NCBI RefSeq assembly: GCF_036365525.1
Contig: NC_090380.1
Location: forward strand, 96,247,942 to 96,311,941
Reading direction: 5' to 3'
Origin: Heterodontus francisci
Taxonomy: Eukaryota
Length of the DNA stretch: 64,000 bases
Shown here piece after piece: positions 40,196-51,813 of the stretch. Positions within the stretch are counted from its first letter, which is position 1. Each line of letters opens with the position of its first letter. The notes below the pieces were generated by a model. That model did no database searches and was not told where the DNA came from. It saw only the letters and a list, made by a program, of their open reading frames with translations. Position numbers and translations under genes: made by a program.

Positions 40196-40709
40196 CTATT
40201 TAAATAGAACCAGAGAAACATGGTGGGAAATGGGGTGGGTGATACCACAGAAGAATGGAATGATAAATTGAAACTGGAAAAAAAAAGGCTGCATCTTGTC
40301 CTCCTGACAGTGGGTTCCGTGGCGGGCGACCGGAGAATTAGAGTGACGGTGGCCACCACGGAACGCGATGCCATGATTGCTCGACCCAATCTTCCCTAGG
40401 ACGGGGATAGGCTGACATTAGCCTTCCTACCCAAAGGCCAATTGAAGCCCGTAAGTGGCCTATTAACATGCACTTAAGGGCCTCTTCCTGCTGCCACTGG
40501 GATCTTACCTGTGGCGGGGGGGTTCTGCCGATTGTTGAGGATGCCTTGGAAAACAGGGCGCCCCCTTTGTGGGCAATTGGTAGCCCATGGAGGACCTCTC
40601 CACCTCACCGCCCCTCCTTGCTGGAGCCATCCAGACTGGCCCCGGCCTCACCTACCTCTTGTCTGGGGTTCCAGCGAAGGGCCTTTTTCACAAAATCCAG
40701 CCCAAAGAA

Positions 40710-42000
40710 AATGACTTGCACTTATATAGTGGCCTTTACAGCTTCAGGATGTCCCGAAGCTCTTTACAGCCAATTAAGTGCTTTTTTGGTGCAGTCACTG
40801 TTGCAATGTAGAAAACATTGCAGCCAATTTGTGCACAGCAAAGTCCCATGGACAGTGAGGTGACAATGACCAGATAATCTGTTTTAGTGTTTGTTACGAC
40901 CAGGTGAGAAAGAGGTCTTGGGGTCCCTTTCAACCTTCACTTGGTCTTACCATAACAGGGCATGATTTTAAACACACCATGTTTTTAGCTCCCCCTTGGT
41001 GAATCTTTGTTCACTGCTTTCCAATTATAAGGCAAAAAAGCAGCACAAACAGGCTTTCTTAGGTTTAAAGAAGAAAAGTTGAAATTTATTAAACTTAAAC
41101 TCTAATTTCGGTTAACGCCGACGGATACGCGACGTGTCCATGCTAGCATGCATACGTGTAACTCACATGCAAACAGAGACAGAAAAGAGCTGAAGAAAAA
41201 TACAGTGGAAAAGTTTGAGGCAATATCTGAAGAGTTGTTGTTATGGTTCTTCGAGCTCACTGTGGAGTCCTTGATTGTCGGTAGATCTTCTTATCATTCC
41301 AGTATTCTTCTTAAATCTTGTTCGCTGTAGGAAACTTTTCTCTCTTGGGGTTCATGTGTCTTCAGTGGATTCAGAGGCTTGTGAGAAAGAGACGGGAGCA
41401 GACAGGAGAGATCTTCTCAGTCCAGGAGAAAACAGACACTCTACCCAAACTGTTTGTACAAATTCAAATAACTCCAGTTGTCCAACAGGTTAGTCATGTT
41501 ACGAGCTGGTTTGACCATGTCCATTTGTGTATTCAGCCTTCTTAGCAGTCAACCTGGAATGCGAGCTCCCCCACCTTCAACGTCTGGTGATCAAAAGTCC
41601 ATTGTGGGTTGAATATGTCAGGGAATGGTTTAACAAGTCCGTTCTTCACTCCAGCAACAGTTTAAACTCAATGTTCGTGACCAAATTAATGTGCCTCATT
41701 CTTGGCAGGTGGGGGCCTCGCATGACAGTGATATTGATTGAGGGATAAATATTGGCCAGGACACCAGGGATAACTCCCTGCTCTTCTTCGAAATAGTGCC
41801 ATGGGAACTTTTACAACTACCTGAGAAGCTAGACAGGGCCTTGATTTAACATCTCATCCAAAAGACTGCACCTCCAATAGTGTGGTACTCCATCAGTACT
41901 GGAGTGTCAGCCTACATTTTGTGCTCAAGTCTCTGGAGTGGGACTTAAACCCACAAACTTTTCACTGTGAGGCAAGAGTGCTACTGACTGGCCCATAGCT
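40710..42000 (-). mobile_element. Deu-domain SINE split by the solo LTR at 40892-41727
   Basis: Reverse complement of the 35338 SINE on both sides of the LTR. Confidence 0.7.
40892..41727 (-). mobile_element. Solo LTR
   Basis: tgttacgaccaggtgagaaagagg..gcatgaca; same family as 27971-28728. Confidence 0.8.
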
Positions 42001-43669
42001 AGGAAAAGAGTAAAACAAGCCCACTGAGTGTTCTGACAAAGGGAAAACTCATCCCAACTTATAACAATTGTCTGTCACTTTACTAATAAACTGTCAATTC
42101 TAACTCAGTATATAATGAATGAATCAGATGCGCTTGGTGGTCTAAATGTATTATCATGTTGGTAATGGAGGAAGAAGTTTGATACTTCAGCCACTGGCAA
42201 TACCTGACTGAATAAAAGAGGTGAATTCAACACTCAAAAGGCATCCTGGAACCAAATTTTCCAGTCTTGGGAGTGGCCATTGGAAGTGTGGAAAACATTT
42301 TAGCAGACTCTGCAATCATTGGCAGTACACTGCAAAAATAAAAAATGGAGAGTGTTTTCATTTGGTGTGACACTCTTCCAATACACAATACAAACGTCTC
42401 TTAAATTAGACAGGCCTGAAGTTCTTTCTTGAGTTCTCTATTAATATATGCTCCTGAAATCTTCAACCAATTATCACTGTAAATAAGCAACTCTTATAGT
42501 CCTTTCTTGATGTTATTAATATTCATTAAACGTATGATAGGTTCAGAGGGTGTTTCGAACAGATTTTTCATGTCTTCACAAATCAATAGAATACCAGAAC
42601 TATGCCCTTATAATTTAACTTTACGAATATATTAACCAATGATTCCCTTAAAGCCTTACAGGGTTTGATCAACATTCTGAGAGTACGGAACCTTCAGTGG
42701 CATTATGTAAGCTGCATATATTTCTCTCCAGTACACCTCAATAGATCTGTCCAAAAACATTGCCTTTGCATTTTACACATTCTTGACAGTATTTGATCGT
42801 TTCCTTTGTTACTTCCCTTCTCTCCCTGGAATTTACATCTTTTTACCTCGTTCCTACCACAGTACAGTTTTGCAGGCATCTGTAGCCTTCCAGTGTCTTG
42901 TCTGAGGAACCATTCTTCATCTGTAAGTCCAGTCAATGATGTCCCGTTTTAACACGGACTGGGAATTGGGCGGGGAGGCATATCAATGGGATGAAAATCT
43001 GGTGGCTTTGGCATCGTGCAAGCAGTCAATTCTGTCAGATTACCATCCATGCAGTGAAGTTAAAAATTACCTTTGTGACCTCCGGCTCGCTGGTCCCATC
43101 CTACAAGTTCAATACATGGATTTATACTTGAAAAAAATTTGCAGGGCTATGGGGAAAAGAGCAGGGGAGTGGAACTAATTGGATAGCTCTTTCAAAGAGC
43201 CAGTACAGGCATGATGGTCTAAATGGCCTCCTTTTGTGTTGTATGTTTCTATGATTCTAATACCATTGTCATTAGACTATCATGCTCTGATACTCCAAAC
43301 TTTTCAGCTATGCTGCCAAGAATTATAAAGGCAGCGAATCTTTTTAGATGTGCAGCTCTTTGGAGCAGCATTTCTCATTGTCAGTATTTTGGATTTTTGC
43401 ATTTGTGTGCGATAATGTTAGAATTCAAACACTATAGCTAAATCCAGAGCTGAATTTTCAGATCTGCCAAATCTCAGTTTTTTGCAGTTATGTTGCTGCT
43501 TTTTGTATAATGATGTGTTTCATTTCAGTGCAACTCTTAAAAAAAAAAGTAACCTGAACTGATAATTCCAAAGGCTTTTTGAAACATTTCATTGCTTTTC
43601 TCAAAATTTCTCACTGTTTCCATCAGTCTGACTTTGAATGGGCCCAAATTCTAATCTACACAGTTTTTT

Positions 43670-46600
43670 TTAAATTCTTTTGGGCCTCCTTATCTCGAGA
43701 GACAATGGATACGCGCCTGGAGGTGGTCAGTGGTTTGTGAAGCAGCGCCTGGAGTGGCTATAAAGGCCAATTCTGGAGTGACAGGCTCTTCCACAGGTGC
43801 TGCAGAGAAATTTGTTTGTTGGGGCTGTTGCACAGTTGGCTCTCCCCTTGCGCCTCTGTCTTTTTTCCTGCCAACTACTAAGTCTCTTCGACTCGCCACA
43901 ATTTAGCCCTGTCTTTATGGCTGCCCGCCAGCTCTGGCGAATGCTGGCAACTGACTCCCACGACTTGTGATCAATGTCACACGATTTCATGTCGCGTTTG
44001 CAGACGTCTTTATAACGGAGACATGGACGGCCGGTGGGTCTGATACCAGTGGCGAGCTCGCTGTACAATGTGTCTTTGGGGATCCTGCCATCTTCCATGC
44101 GGCTCACATGGCCAAGCCATCTCAAGCGCCGCTGACTCAGTAGTGTGTATAAGCTGGGGGTGTTGGCCGCTTCAAGGACTTCTGTGTTGGAGATATAGTC
44201 CTGCCACCTGATGCCAAGTATTCTCCGAAGGCAGCGAAGATGGAATGAATTGAGACGTCGCTCTTGGCTGGCATACGTTGTCCAGGCCTCGCTGCCGTAG
44301 AGCAAGGTACTGAGGACACAGGCCTGATACACTCGGACTTTTGTGTTCCGTGTCAGTGCGCCATTTTCCCACACTCTCTTGGCCAGTCTGGACATAGCAG
44401 TGGAAGCCTTACCCATGCGCTTGTTGATTTCTGCATCTAGAGACAGGTTACTGGTGATAGTTGAGCCTAGGTAGGTGAACTCTTGAACCACTTCCAGAGC
44501 GTGGTCGCCAATATTGATGGATGGAGCATTTCTGACATCCTGCCCCATGATGTTGGTTTTCTTGAGGCTGATGGTTAGGCCAAATTCATTGCAGGCAGAC
44601 GCAAACCTGTCGATGAGACTCTGCAGGCATTCTTCAGTGTGAGATGTTAAAGCAGCATCGTCAGCAAAGAGGAGTTCTCTGATGAGGACTTTCCGTACTT
44701 TGGACTTCGCTCTTAGACGGGCAAGGTTGAACAACCTGCCCCCTGATCTTGTGTGGAGGAAAATTCCTTCTTCAGAGGATTTGAACGCATGTGAAAGCAG
44801 CAGGGAGAAGAAAATCCCAAAAAGTGTGGGTGCGAGAACACAGCCCTGTTTCACACCACTCAGGATAGGAAAGGGCTCTGATGAGGAGCCACCATGTTGA
44901 ATTGTGCCTTTCATATTGTCATGGAATGAGGTGATGATACTTAGTAGCTTTGGTGGACATCCGATCTTTTCTAGTAGTCTGAAGAGACCACGTCTGCTGA
45001 CGAGGTCAAAGGCTTTGGTGAGATCAATGAAAGCAATGTAGAGGGGCATCTGTTGTTCACGGCATTTCTCCTGTATCTGACGAAGGGAGAACAGCATGTC
45101 AATAGTCGATCTCTCTGCACGAAAGCCACACTGTGCCTCAGGGTAGACGCGCTCGGCCAGCTTCTGGAGCCTGTTCAGAGCGACTCGAGCAAAGACTTTC
45201 CCCACTATGCTGAGCAGGGAGATTCCACGGTAGTTGTTGCAGTCACCGCGGTCACCTTTGTTTTTATAGAGGGTGATGATGTTGGCATCGCGCATGTCCT
45301 GGGGTACTGCTCCCTCGTCCCAGCACAGGCATAGCAGTTCATGTAGTGCTGAGAGTATAGCAGGCTTGGCACTCTTGATTATTTCAGGGGTAATGCTGTC
45401 CTTCCCAGGGGCTTTTCCGCTGGCTAGGGAATCAATGGCATCACTGAGTTCCGATTTGGTTGGCTGTATGTCCAGCTCATCCATGACTGGTAGAGGCTGG
45501 GCTGCATTGAGGGCAGTCTCAGTGACAGCATTCTCCCTGGAGTACAGTTCTAGGTAGTGCTCAACCCAGCGGTCCAACTGTTTGCGTTGGTCAGTGATTA
45601 TGTCCCCCGATTTAGATTTGAGGGGGGTGATCTTCTTGATGGTTGGCCCAAGAGCTCTCTTCATGCCATCATACATTCCTCTGATGTTTCCGGTGTCTGA
45701 GGCCAGCTGAATATGACTGCATAGGTGTTGCCAGTAGTCGTTTGCGCAACGCCTAGCTGTTCTTTGTGCAGTACTTCTGGCTGCTTTAAGTGCTGCGGAT
45801 GTTAAATCGCTGGGGGCTTTCTTGTCGTTCAAAAATGCAATGCGCTTAGCGGCTATGACAGGTTCCAGCTCTTCATTATGAGATTGAAACCAGTCTGCAT
45901 TTCTCTTCGCACTTTTGCCGTAGGTGGTCAAAGCTGACTCATAGATGGCGTCTCTGATGTGGGCCCACTTGGTCTCAGCATCCCCTGTGGGAGTGTTTTG
46001 AAGGGCTGTTACAAGTGAATTTAGAAATTTTTGTAACAGCTGTGGGTGAGAAATTCTGCTCGTGTTGATGCGCGGGTGGCCCTTCTGCTTGGAATGATGC
46101 AACTTCTTTGGTCTGAGTCTAACCTTGCTGCACACCAGGGAGTGGTCGGTGTCGCAGTCCGCACTGTGGAAGCTGCGTGTGATTTGAACACTGTTTAAGG
46201 CGGCTCGCCTTGTGACAATGAGGTCTAGCTGGTGCCAACGACGTGATCTTGGGTGCCTCCATGAAACCTGGTGACAGGGTTTAGTGTGAAAGAACGAGTT
46301 GGTGATGCAGAGGTTATGATAGGTATACAACTCAAGCAGTCTCTGCCCGTTCTCATTCATCCTTCCAACGCCATAGCGCCCAAGGCAGGAGGGCCATGAG
46401 TCATGGTCGGCCCCAACCCTGGCATTAAAGTCCCCCAGCAGGAATAGGTGTTCGGTGTTGGGGATGCTGCTAATGATGTTATGGAGTTGTTCATAGAACT
46501 GGTCTTTAGCTTCAGGTGCGGAGCAGAGTGTTGGAGCATAGATGCTGAGTAGGTGTACTGGACCAGAGGTGGTGAGCAGTCGGATGGACAGTATGCGTTC

Positions 46601-47440
46601 CGAGCCATTTGAGGGAGGCTCTATCATGCTGAGCAAGGAGTTTCTGATGGCGAAGCCCACTCCATGCTGTCTTGGTTCTTCAGGATCCCTGCCCTGCCAG
46701 AAAAAGGTGTAGTCTTGCTCTGCTAGAGAGCCACTCGCGGGGAGGCGAGTCTCCTGAAGTGCTGCAATGTCCACATTGAATCTACTGAGCTCGTTGTTAA
46801 TGATGGCGGTCTTCCGAGAATCGTTGATTTGTGTAAGGTCTTCCGATAGGCCAGGACACATAGTTCTGACGTTCCAGCTTGCAAAGCGAAGGGCTGGTAC
46901 CTTCTTTCCTTTTTTCATGTTGTTTGGTGCGGTGTATCAGTCCACCTTTCGGGCAATGACCCTGAGCTCCAAGCACCCATTGAAGCAGGCAGACTGTGGC
47001 GGGACAGAACCTTATTGACCGGGGGCTGCCCGGTTTGAGGCGGGCGGTAGCTGTCCAGTGAGGTGCAATGACCTCTCCCACCGACAAAGGCAACCCGTGG
47101 CGCCCAGTTTCTACGCCAATTTATCTGGACTTATAACCCGTAACTGCTGCCTTCCGTGTTGTTTTAGTCGCTGTGAGGCAACTATGGAGTGACCTCTCCA
47201 TGGCGCATGCCTGGGCACATTTATGGGGGTTGAGAGTTGCCCAGTCGTCAAAACCCCCCTCTCGGCCTTTCTGGTGGGGTCCAAAGGAGTGCAGGACACG
47301 ACGTTTGGCACCAGTATGGCTGCAGGAACTGCCGGAAACATGCCAAAGGTGACACATGACCGCCTACGGGGTTCCGCTCCGGATTTTCTGTTAGGGTTTA
47401 CTCCCTTAGCCTTGGTCTCTCCCGAGACGCCCACAAGGCA
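43670..47440 (-). mobile_element. Apparently full-length RTE-clade LINE
   Basis: ~520-bp 5' UTR, single EN-RT ORF, short 3' UTR followed by an A-rich tail. Confidence 0.92.
43727..46918 (-). CDS. RTE endonuclease/reverse transcriptase (1063 aa, uninterrupted)
   Basis: APE motifs SWNVRT, LQETR, GDFNA, TDH; RT motifs NYRGISLL, DLTKAFD, GVKQGC, LFADD; C-terminal CSTC..HSRRC zinc-finger-like motif. Confidence 0.95.
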   Translation of the reverse strand: MKKGKKVPALRFASWNVRTMCPGLSEDLTQINDSRKTAIINNELSRFNVDIAALQETRLPASGSLAEQDYTFFWQGRDPEEPRQHGVGFAIRNSLLSMIEPPSNGSERILSIRLLTTSGPVHLLSIYAPTLCSAPEAKDQFYEQLHNIISSIPNTEHLFLLGDFNARVGADHDSWPSCLGRYGVGRMNENGQRLLELYTYHNLCITNSFFHTKPCHQVSWRHPRSRRWHQLDLIVTRRAALNSVQITRSFHSADCDTDHSLVCSKVRLRPKKLHHSKQKGHPRINTSRISHPQLLQKFLNSLVTALQNTPTGDAETKWAHIRDAIYESALTTYGKSAKRNADWFQSHNEELEPVIAAKRIAFLNDKKAPSDLTSAALKAARSTAQRTARRCANDYWQHLCSHIQLASDTGNIRGMYDGMKRALGPTIKKITPLKSKSGDIITDQRKQLDRWVEHYLELYSRENAVTETALNAAQPLPVMDELDIQPTKSELSDAIDSLASGKAPGKDSITPEIIKSAKPAILSALHELLCLCWDEGAVPQDMRDANIITLYKNKGDRGDCNNYRGISLLSIVGKVFARVALNRLQKLAERVYPEAQCGFRAERSTIDMLFSLRQIQEKCREQQMPLYIAFIDLTKAFDLVSRRGLFRLLEKIGCPPKLLSIITSFHDNMKGTIQHGGSSSEPFPILSGVKQGCVLAPTLFGIFFSLLLSHAFKSSEEGIFLHTRSGGRLFNLARLRAKSKVRKVLIRELLFADDAALTSHTEECLQSLIDRFASACNEFGLTISLKKTNIMGQDVRNAPSINIGDHALEVVQEFTYLGSTITSNLSLDAEINKRMGKASTAMSRLAKRVWENGALTRNTKVRVYQACVLSTLLYGSEAWTTYASQERRLNSFHLRCLRRILGIRWQDYISNTEVLEAANTPSLYTLLSQRRLRWLGHVSRMEDGRIPKDTLYSELATGIRPTGRPCLRYKDVCKRDMKSCDIDHKSWESVASIRQSWRAAIKTGLNCGESKRLSSWQEKRQRRKGRANCATAPTNKFLCSTCGRACHSRIGLYSHSRRCFTNH

Positions 47441-49130
47441 GTATCTAAAGCAGGATGTGGATCAGACACCATCAGCAGTGTTGAGAGGCTGGGATACCAG
47501 GAAATTAAGCAGGGTTGATTACATTTTCTTTTTGTGCTATCTTTCTAAAGTCTGCTTGTGATTTGTTTTGCTTTGATCTAACATTAGAGGATACAATTTT
47601 GTACCATTTGATTGAAGCAAGTTAATCAGAGTCCACTGTTAATTTGAGGCAAATGTGGTTGCAATGTAAACGGATCCCAAAGATCGGAGATCACAGTTTG
47701 CTCCTTCTGTGTGTGTCGCACTGCTGAGTGAACTTTGGGTAACTGTGGAAATGGCCTGTTGTTGCCCTGCAGTCCATTGTGTGTGTGCATGTAAACACAA
47801 TCAGCGAGACGTGTACCTGAGTGACACTTGCTACAATTGCTGCCACAGGAAGATAAGGAGAACTACAAGCTGATAACAGATGTTATCAGAGCAGTAAGCT
47901 GCTTTGTAACACTCTGGGGAACTCCCTTAGGAAAACAAATAGAGACATAACAGTTTGTCACTTGCTTTTGAATGATTTTGCCCTTTATTTTCAAGGGGAG
48001 GGTACAGAACTCCAGGGCTGCCCTAGATGGGATATGAAGTAAGACTAATTTTTTTAAACCCTTTGCCACAATGAGAAGAAATAATGAAATTCTATCCCTT
48101 TCTGTATTGAATGCTGGAATCATACAGTATGCATTACAATAGATTAAAACAATTGTATTCCAATTCTGCAATAGGCTATTAATCAATATTAAGCATTTTA
48201 CTCAGAAGAGGACACTTGCTGCCTATGTTCTGACCATGTGACCCACAGTCAGTTGCTCTGGATAGCAGTCTAGCAGACCACAGAGAACATGAAGAGACTC
48301 GCAAGTCCTGTTGACCGTGGCCTATGCTGATTAGGCCTATACACTGGAGAAGGAAGAATGTATGGAGCCCTACAAAGGGCAAAGGGAAAAGTACACCAAA
48401 CAGGAGTTATAAGAAGAGTTAGCAGAAGTCACTGTAGATCTGATCAAATTGGTTGTGTTTGAGGATGTTTTTGAAGGTGGGGATTGATGTAGTAAGGCAG
48501 ATATCGGGGTATCGGTTCTGAGTGGGTTGACCCCCAGAACTAGGACCTAATTCTAACTATTTCTAATTCAGATAAATTATCTGAATTCAAAAACTTAATG
48601 CAAGGTGGTCAAATTTGCAAATGGTGCTAAACCATCATGGGCAGTAGAATCTAGAAGGCAGCTGAGAAATTACAGAATGATTTTGACAAAAAATGCGGGT
48701 GGTCAGAACAATGGTAGATTAAACTTAAGGCAGTAAAGTGGTGCAAATGGGAGAAAAATATAAACAACACACGTGCTTCATCATCAATGGCGCTGAAATA
48801 CCTAAGGATCAAACTGAAAGAGACCTAGGAATCTTAGTGGATTCCATGCTAAACATGTCCAACCAGTGCAGAGCAGCTTTCAACAACACCAATAGATATT
48901 GAAGAATACAGCCAACAGAGTAAAATGTACCTCAGGGAAGTAATAATTAAATTATGTAATGATTAAACTCTGGTGATACCGCACCTGAAATAATATGGCC
49001 ACTTCTGATTGCCAAGAAATAAGAGAGGCATTTGAATGTTGAAGGTAGAGTAGAGCCCTGAATTGGATCACTAACGTCAGAGTCTGAGGACAGATGAAAG
49101 AATAGTGAGCTTTTTAACTAAGAAAGGAGC

Positions 49131-49390
49131 TGTAAAGAGAGCTTTTTATGTTGTCTGATGCAACATAAATGAGATGCATGGAGTTTAGTTGATTGAAGAT
49201 CTCAAACAGGTTTATTAAACAGCTAAACTATTATATACAGTGCAAAGCTATCTATTTATAGAAGCTGCCTCTAGGTGTTACAGCAGCAGAGTGAGACTAG
49301 CGTGTAGCCACATGGCTGCATCCTGGTACTCAGCTCATTAGCATATTAAGATCTTAAAGGGACATCACTCTTAAAGGCAATAACACAACA
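49131..49390 (-). repeat. 3' LTR
   Basis: Direct repeat of 52959-53220; AATAAA and TATA-like motifs on the minus strand; preceded by purine tract GGAAAGAAGGG-TAA (49391-49404). Confidence 0.92.
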
Positions 49391-49553
49391 TTACCCTTCT
49401 TTCCAAAGAAAAGTCTTGTATGCTAAAAGCAAACGCATGTTAAATTGGATAACATCAAAATTATTTATATAGGCATAGAGATTATGAATTTTACAAATAT
49501 AGAAGCTCAAAAGTTCATATATCGTCTAGGTCATTTGATAACTCTTGCTCGGG

Positions 49554-50000
49554 GAGTTTGCATCACATCTGTTACTGTTCTTTCTGAAGTTTCTCCCTCT
49601 TTGCATTTAGTTTCTATTGCTCTCCTTTCAGCTTGCTAACATACTTTGTTGCTTTTCTCAAGATGACCACTTTTGAGGCCTTGTTATTCTTGGAAAGTTC
49701 CGCCACCTCATCTAGAAGAGCCAATAGACAACGCTTCAACTCATTCCTCCTCTGCCTCTTCAGGACATTGTGTCTCCTTTGCCTCTCCTCATCCTCCGTG
49801 TCTGAAGGCATGGGGCTCCAGGTTGAGGACTTTTGGGGGGCTAAGAGTAGTTGGTCTCATGGAGATACCTGTCCATTCTGGCTCATTGTGGTGTTGGCAG
49901 TTCTCTAAAGAATAGAAGTGAAGGTGTGGCATAGTTGTGCTGTTGCTGGGTTTCCATACTGCACTGTTTGATGCTGACCAGAGTCTGCAAGCGGGTTCTG
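49554..50000 (-). pseudogene. myc: Captured MYC-family C-terminal segment (exon-3 equivalent: HNY motif, NLS-like, bHLH-Zip), decayed
   Basis: LVSIKQC..QQQHNYATPS; PTPQ*ARMD; SPMPSDTEDEERQRRHNVLKRQRRNELKRCLLALLDEVAELSKNNKASKVVILRKATKYV; zipper KLNAKREKLQKEQ*QM*CKL. Five in-frame stops and one frameshift near 49831-49840. Confidence 0.9.
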
Positions 50001-50025
50001 GTCTTTGGAGATTTCCCCTTGGCAA

Positions 50026-51460
50026 TGCTCTCGTGGATGGTTATGATGTTGAGGTCCTTACACGCTGGTAGTCTTGCCACTTCTGGTCCGCTCGTGTCTA
50101 CTAGGTAGAATGTTTGTGGTTTCCAAGGTAACTTGCCGAATCTGCATTGCATTGTTAATGTGCCACTGCACAGGATGGGTGACCCATTGAATGCAGATAA
50201 CTTGGCAGTTGTCGGTTGTATCATTGATCTCCAATGTCTCCGGTACATATTTTTACAACCAAAGAAGGAGTAATGTACTGCTAATTCAGTCTCACCACTC
50301 CACAGGTCATAGCATATTAGTTAAGTTTCCCACCTACCAGAAAGTAGCCAAATTAAACACTCTTTTTGTCCCCCAGAATAAAGCACACCAAACCAGGTTT
50401 CTTTAAACAACAACAAAATTAACTATTTATTAATAAACTAAGTCTTAAACAATAATGAGATAATTCGAAATGTGAAAAGATTCTTTTTAAAACTTCTTAT
50501 TCTTCCTAACCCTCATGCACATATACATTAAAAAAAAGGTTAACTGTTTTTAAAAGGATGTTTTGGATTTCAGCTGTTTCTTAGGAATAATAAAATAACT
50601 GGGGTGTAACGTTCTGGTAGGATATTTCTGGGTCGGAGAGGTGTCCCAGAGTCGAAAAGTTGGATGCCACTTGAAGTCTTTCCAGGCGAGGTTGGCAAAC
50701 AGTCTTTGATGGGTAGGTGTTCACAGCACTTCATCTGCAGCAGACATCAGCAAAGGGTGTAGCAACAGGTCTACTTGGGTTTGGAAATAGCAGTCTAACA
50801 ATAGAAGCTTTCTTGAGCTCTCAGGATCTCTGCCAACATAAGAGGCAACAGAAATCACTCCTGAGGAAAAGATTTTTCAGAGACTGGAGGCAATAGGAAT
50901 TTTCTACCTTTTAAAATGCAGGGCTTCCTCTCAGCAAAGCAGCCTTCCTCCACAGAGTGCAGCAACTTCTCTTTTCCTGGGTCTTTTCCCTCTAGGGGTC
51001 TTTTTTCTCTCCAGGCAGATCACAGCGACCACCTCAAATGTAGAATTTCTTTTTACAAGAGAGGGAAGCCATCTTTTTCAGGGAGAGGTCTTTTTTTCTG
51101 GTCTGCAAGTTTGTTCTGCCTTCTGCCTGCCCAGCACTAGTCTTTTACAAAGCAAAAGTGAAACTGAACTCTAACAATAAGTCATGTTACCTGTCATTAT
51201 TTCCCTTACTGTTGTTTGGAACAGGTGTCTTGCAGTCTGTCCCTCTCAGTTCAAATGCCAAGTTTCAGCATTCAATGTTCACAGAAAAATCCTCTTTCTT
51301 AGTTTTTAAAAACACACAGAATTCTTAGCTTTCAATAAAAAAACAAAACTCTTGTGACAATATCTTTGAAGAATCAGACTGTTCGGATATTTCCACTAGC
51401 TCTGATGTCAATCTTGACCCTGAGTCTATGTTTGCCAGCTTTCTTTGGGTGCATGATGTT
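50026..51460 (-). pseudogene. Gypsy aspartic protease remnant, split by the solo LTR at 50251-51359
   Basis: LRVKIDIRASGNI (decayed DTGAS active site). After LTR removal it continues in frame FKD-MY..TAKLSAFNGSPI..FYLVDTSGPEVARLPACKDLNII. Confidence 0.8.
50251..51359 (-). mobile_element. Solo LTR nested in the protease gene
   Basis: Homologous to the 7508 and 20549 elements; exact 4-bp TSD ATAT (50247-50250, 51360-51363). Confidence 0.85.
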
Positions 51461-51728
51461 AATAATGGCGAAAGCTTCCAGTTGTTGGACTTCATCAACG
51501 AGATGTGTCAGGTCCACAATGTGGAATGCCTGTTCATCTTCTGTCTGAGAACTACTTCTCTCTGAGTCTTGTCTCAGGTCTGCTTTGCTCTGGACCTCGT
51601 GTGTTGGCCTGCATTTACACAGGTTTCTGGCACTTTCCTTGCTGCTGTTTGCAGTGTTGCTGCACCTGACTTCTGTTTGCTTGTGTCTGACCGTTATTTC
51701 TGGCTGAGTCTTTGGAGCCAGAATTCCT

Positions 51729-51810
51729 GCATGGGCAGACCCAGTGTCCTTTAACACCTCATGCCTTGCACAGGTCTCGAAATGCAAGGCAATTTCGCTG
51801 TGAGTGGGAC
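51729..51810 (-). pseudogene. Gag nucleocapsid zinc-knuckle remnant
   Basis: HSQRNCLAFRDLCKA*GVKGHWVCPC = Cx2Cx4Hx4C with the second Cys mutated to a stop. Confidence 0.7.
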
Positions 51811-51813
51811 AGA

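Noticed and set aside
49614-49811. Treating the 65-aa bHLH ORF as exon 3 of a functional host myc gene
   Set aside because: It lies between paired LTRs, is fused to protease sequence rather than a splice acceptor, and carries stops, a frameshift and a basic-region E>K change.
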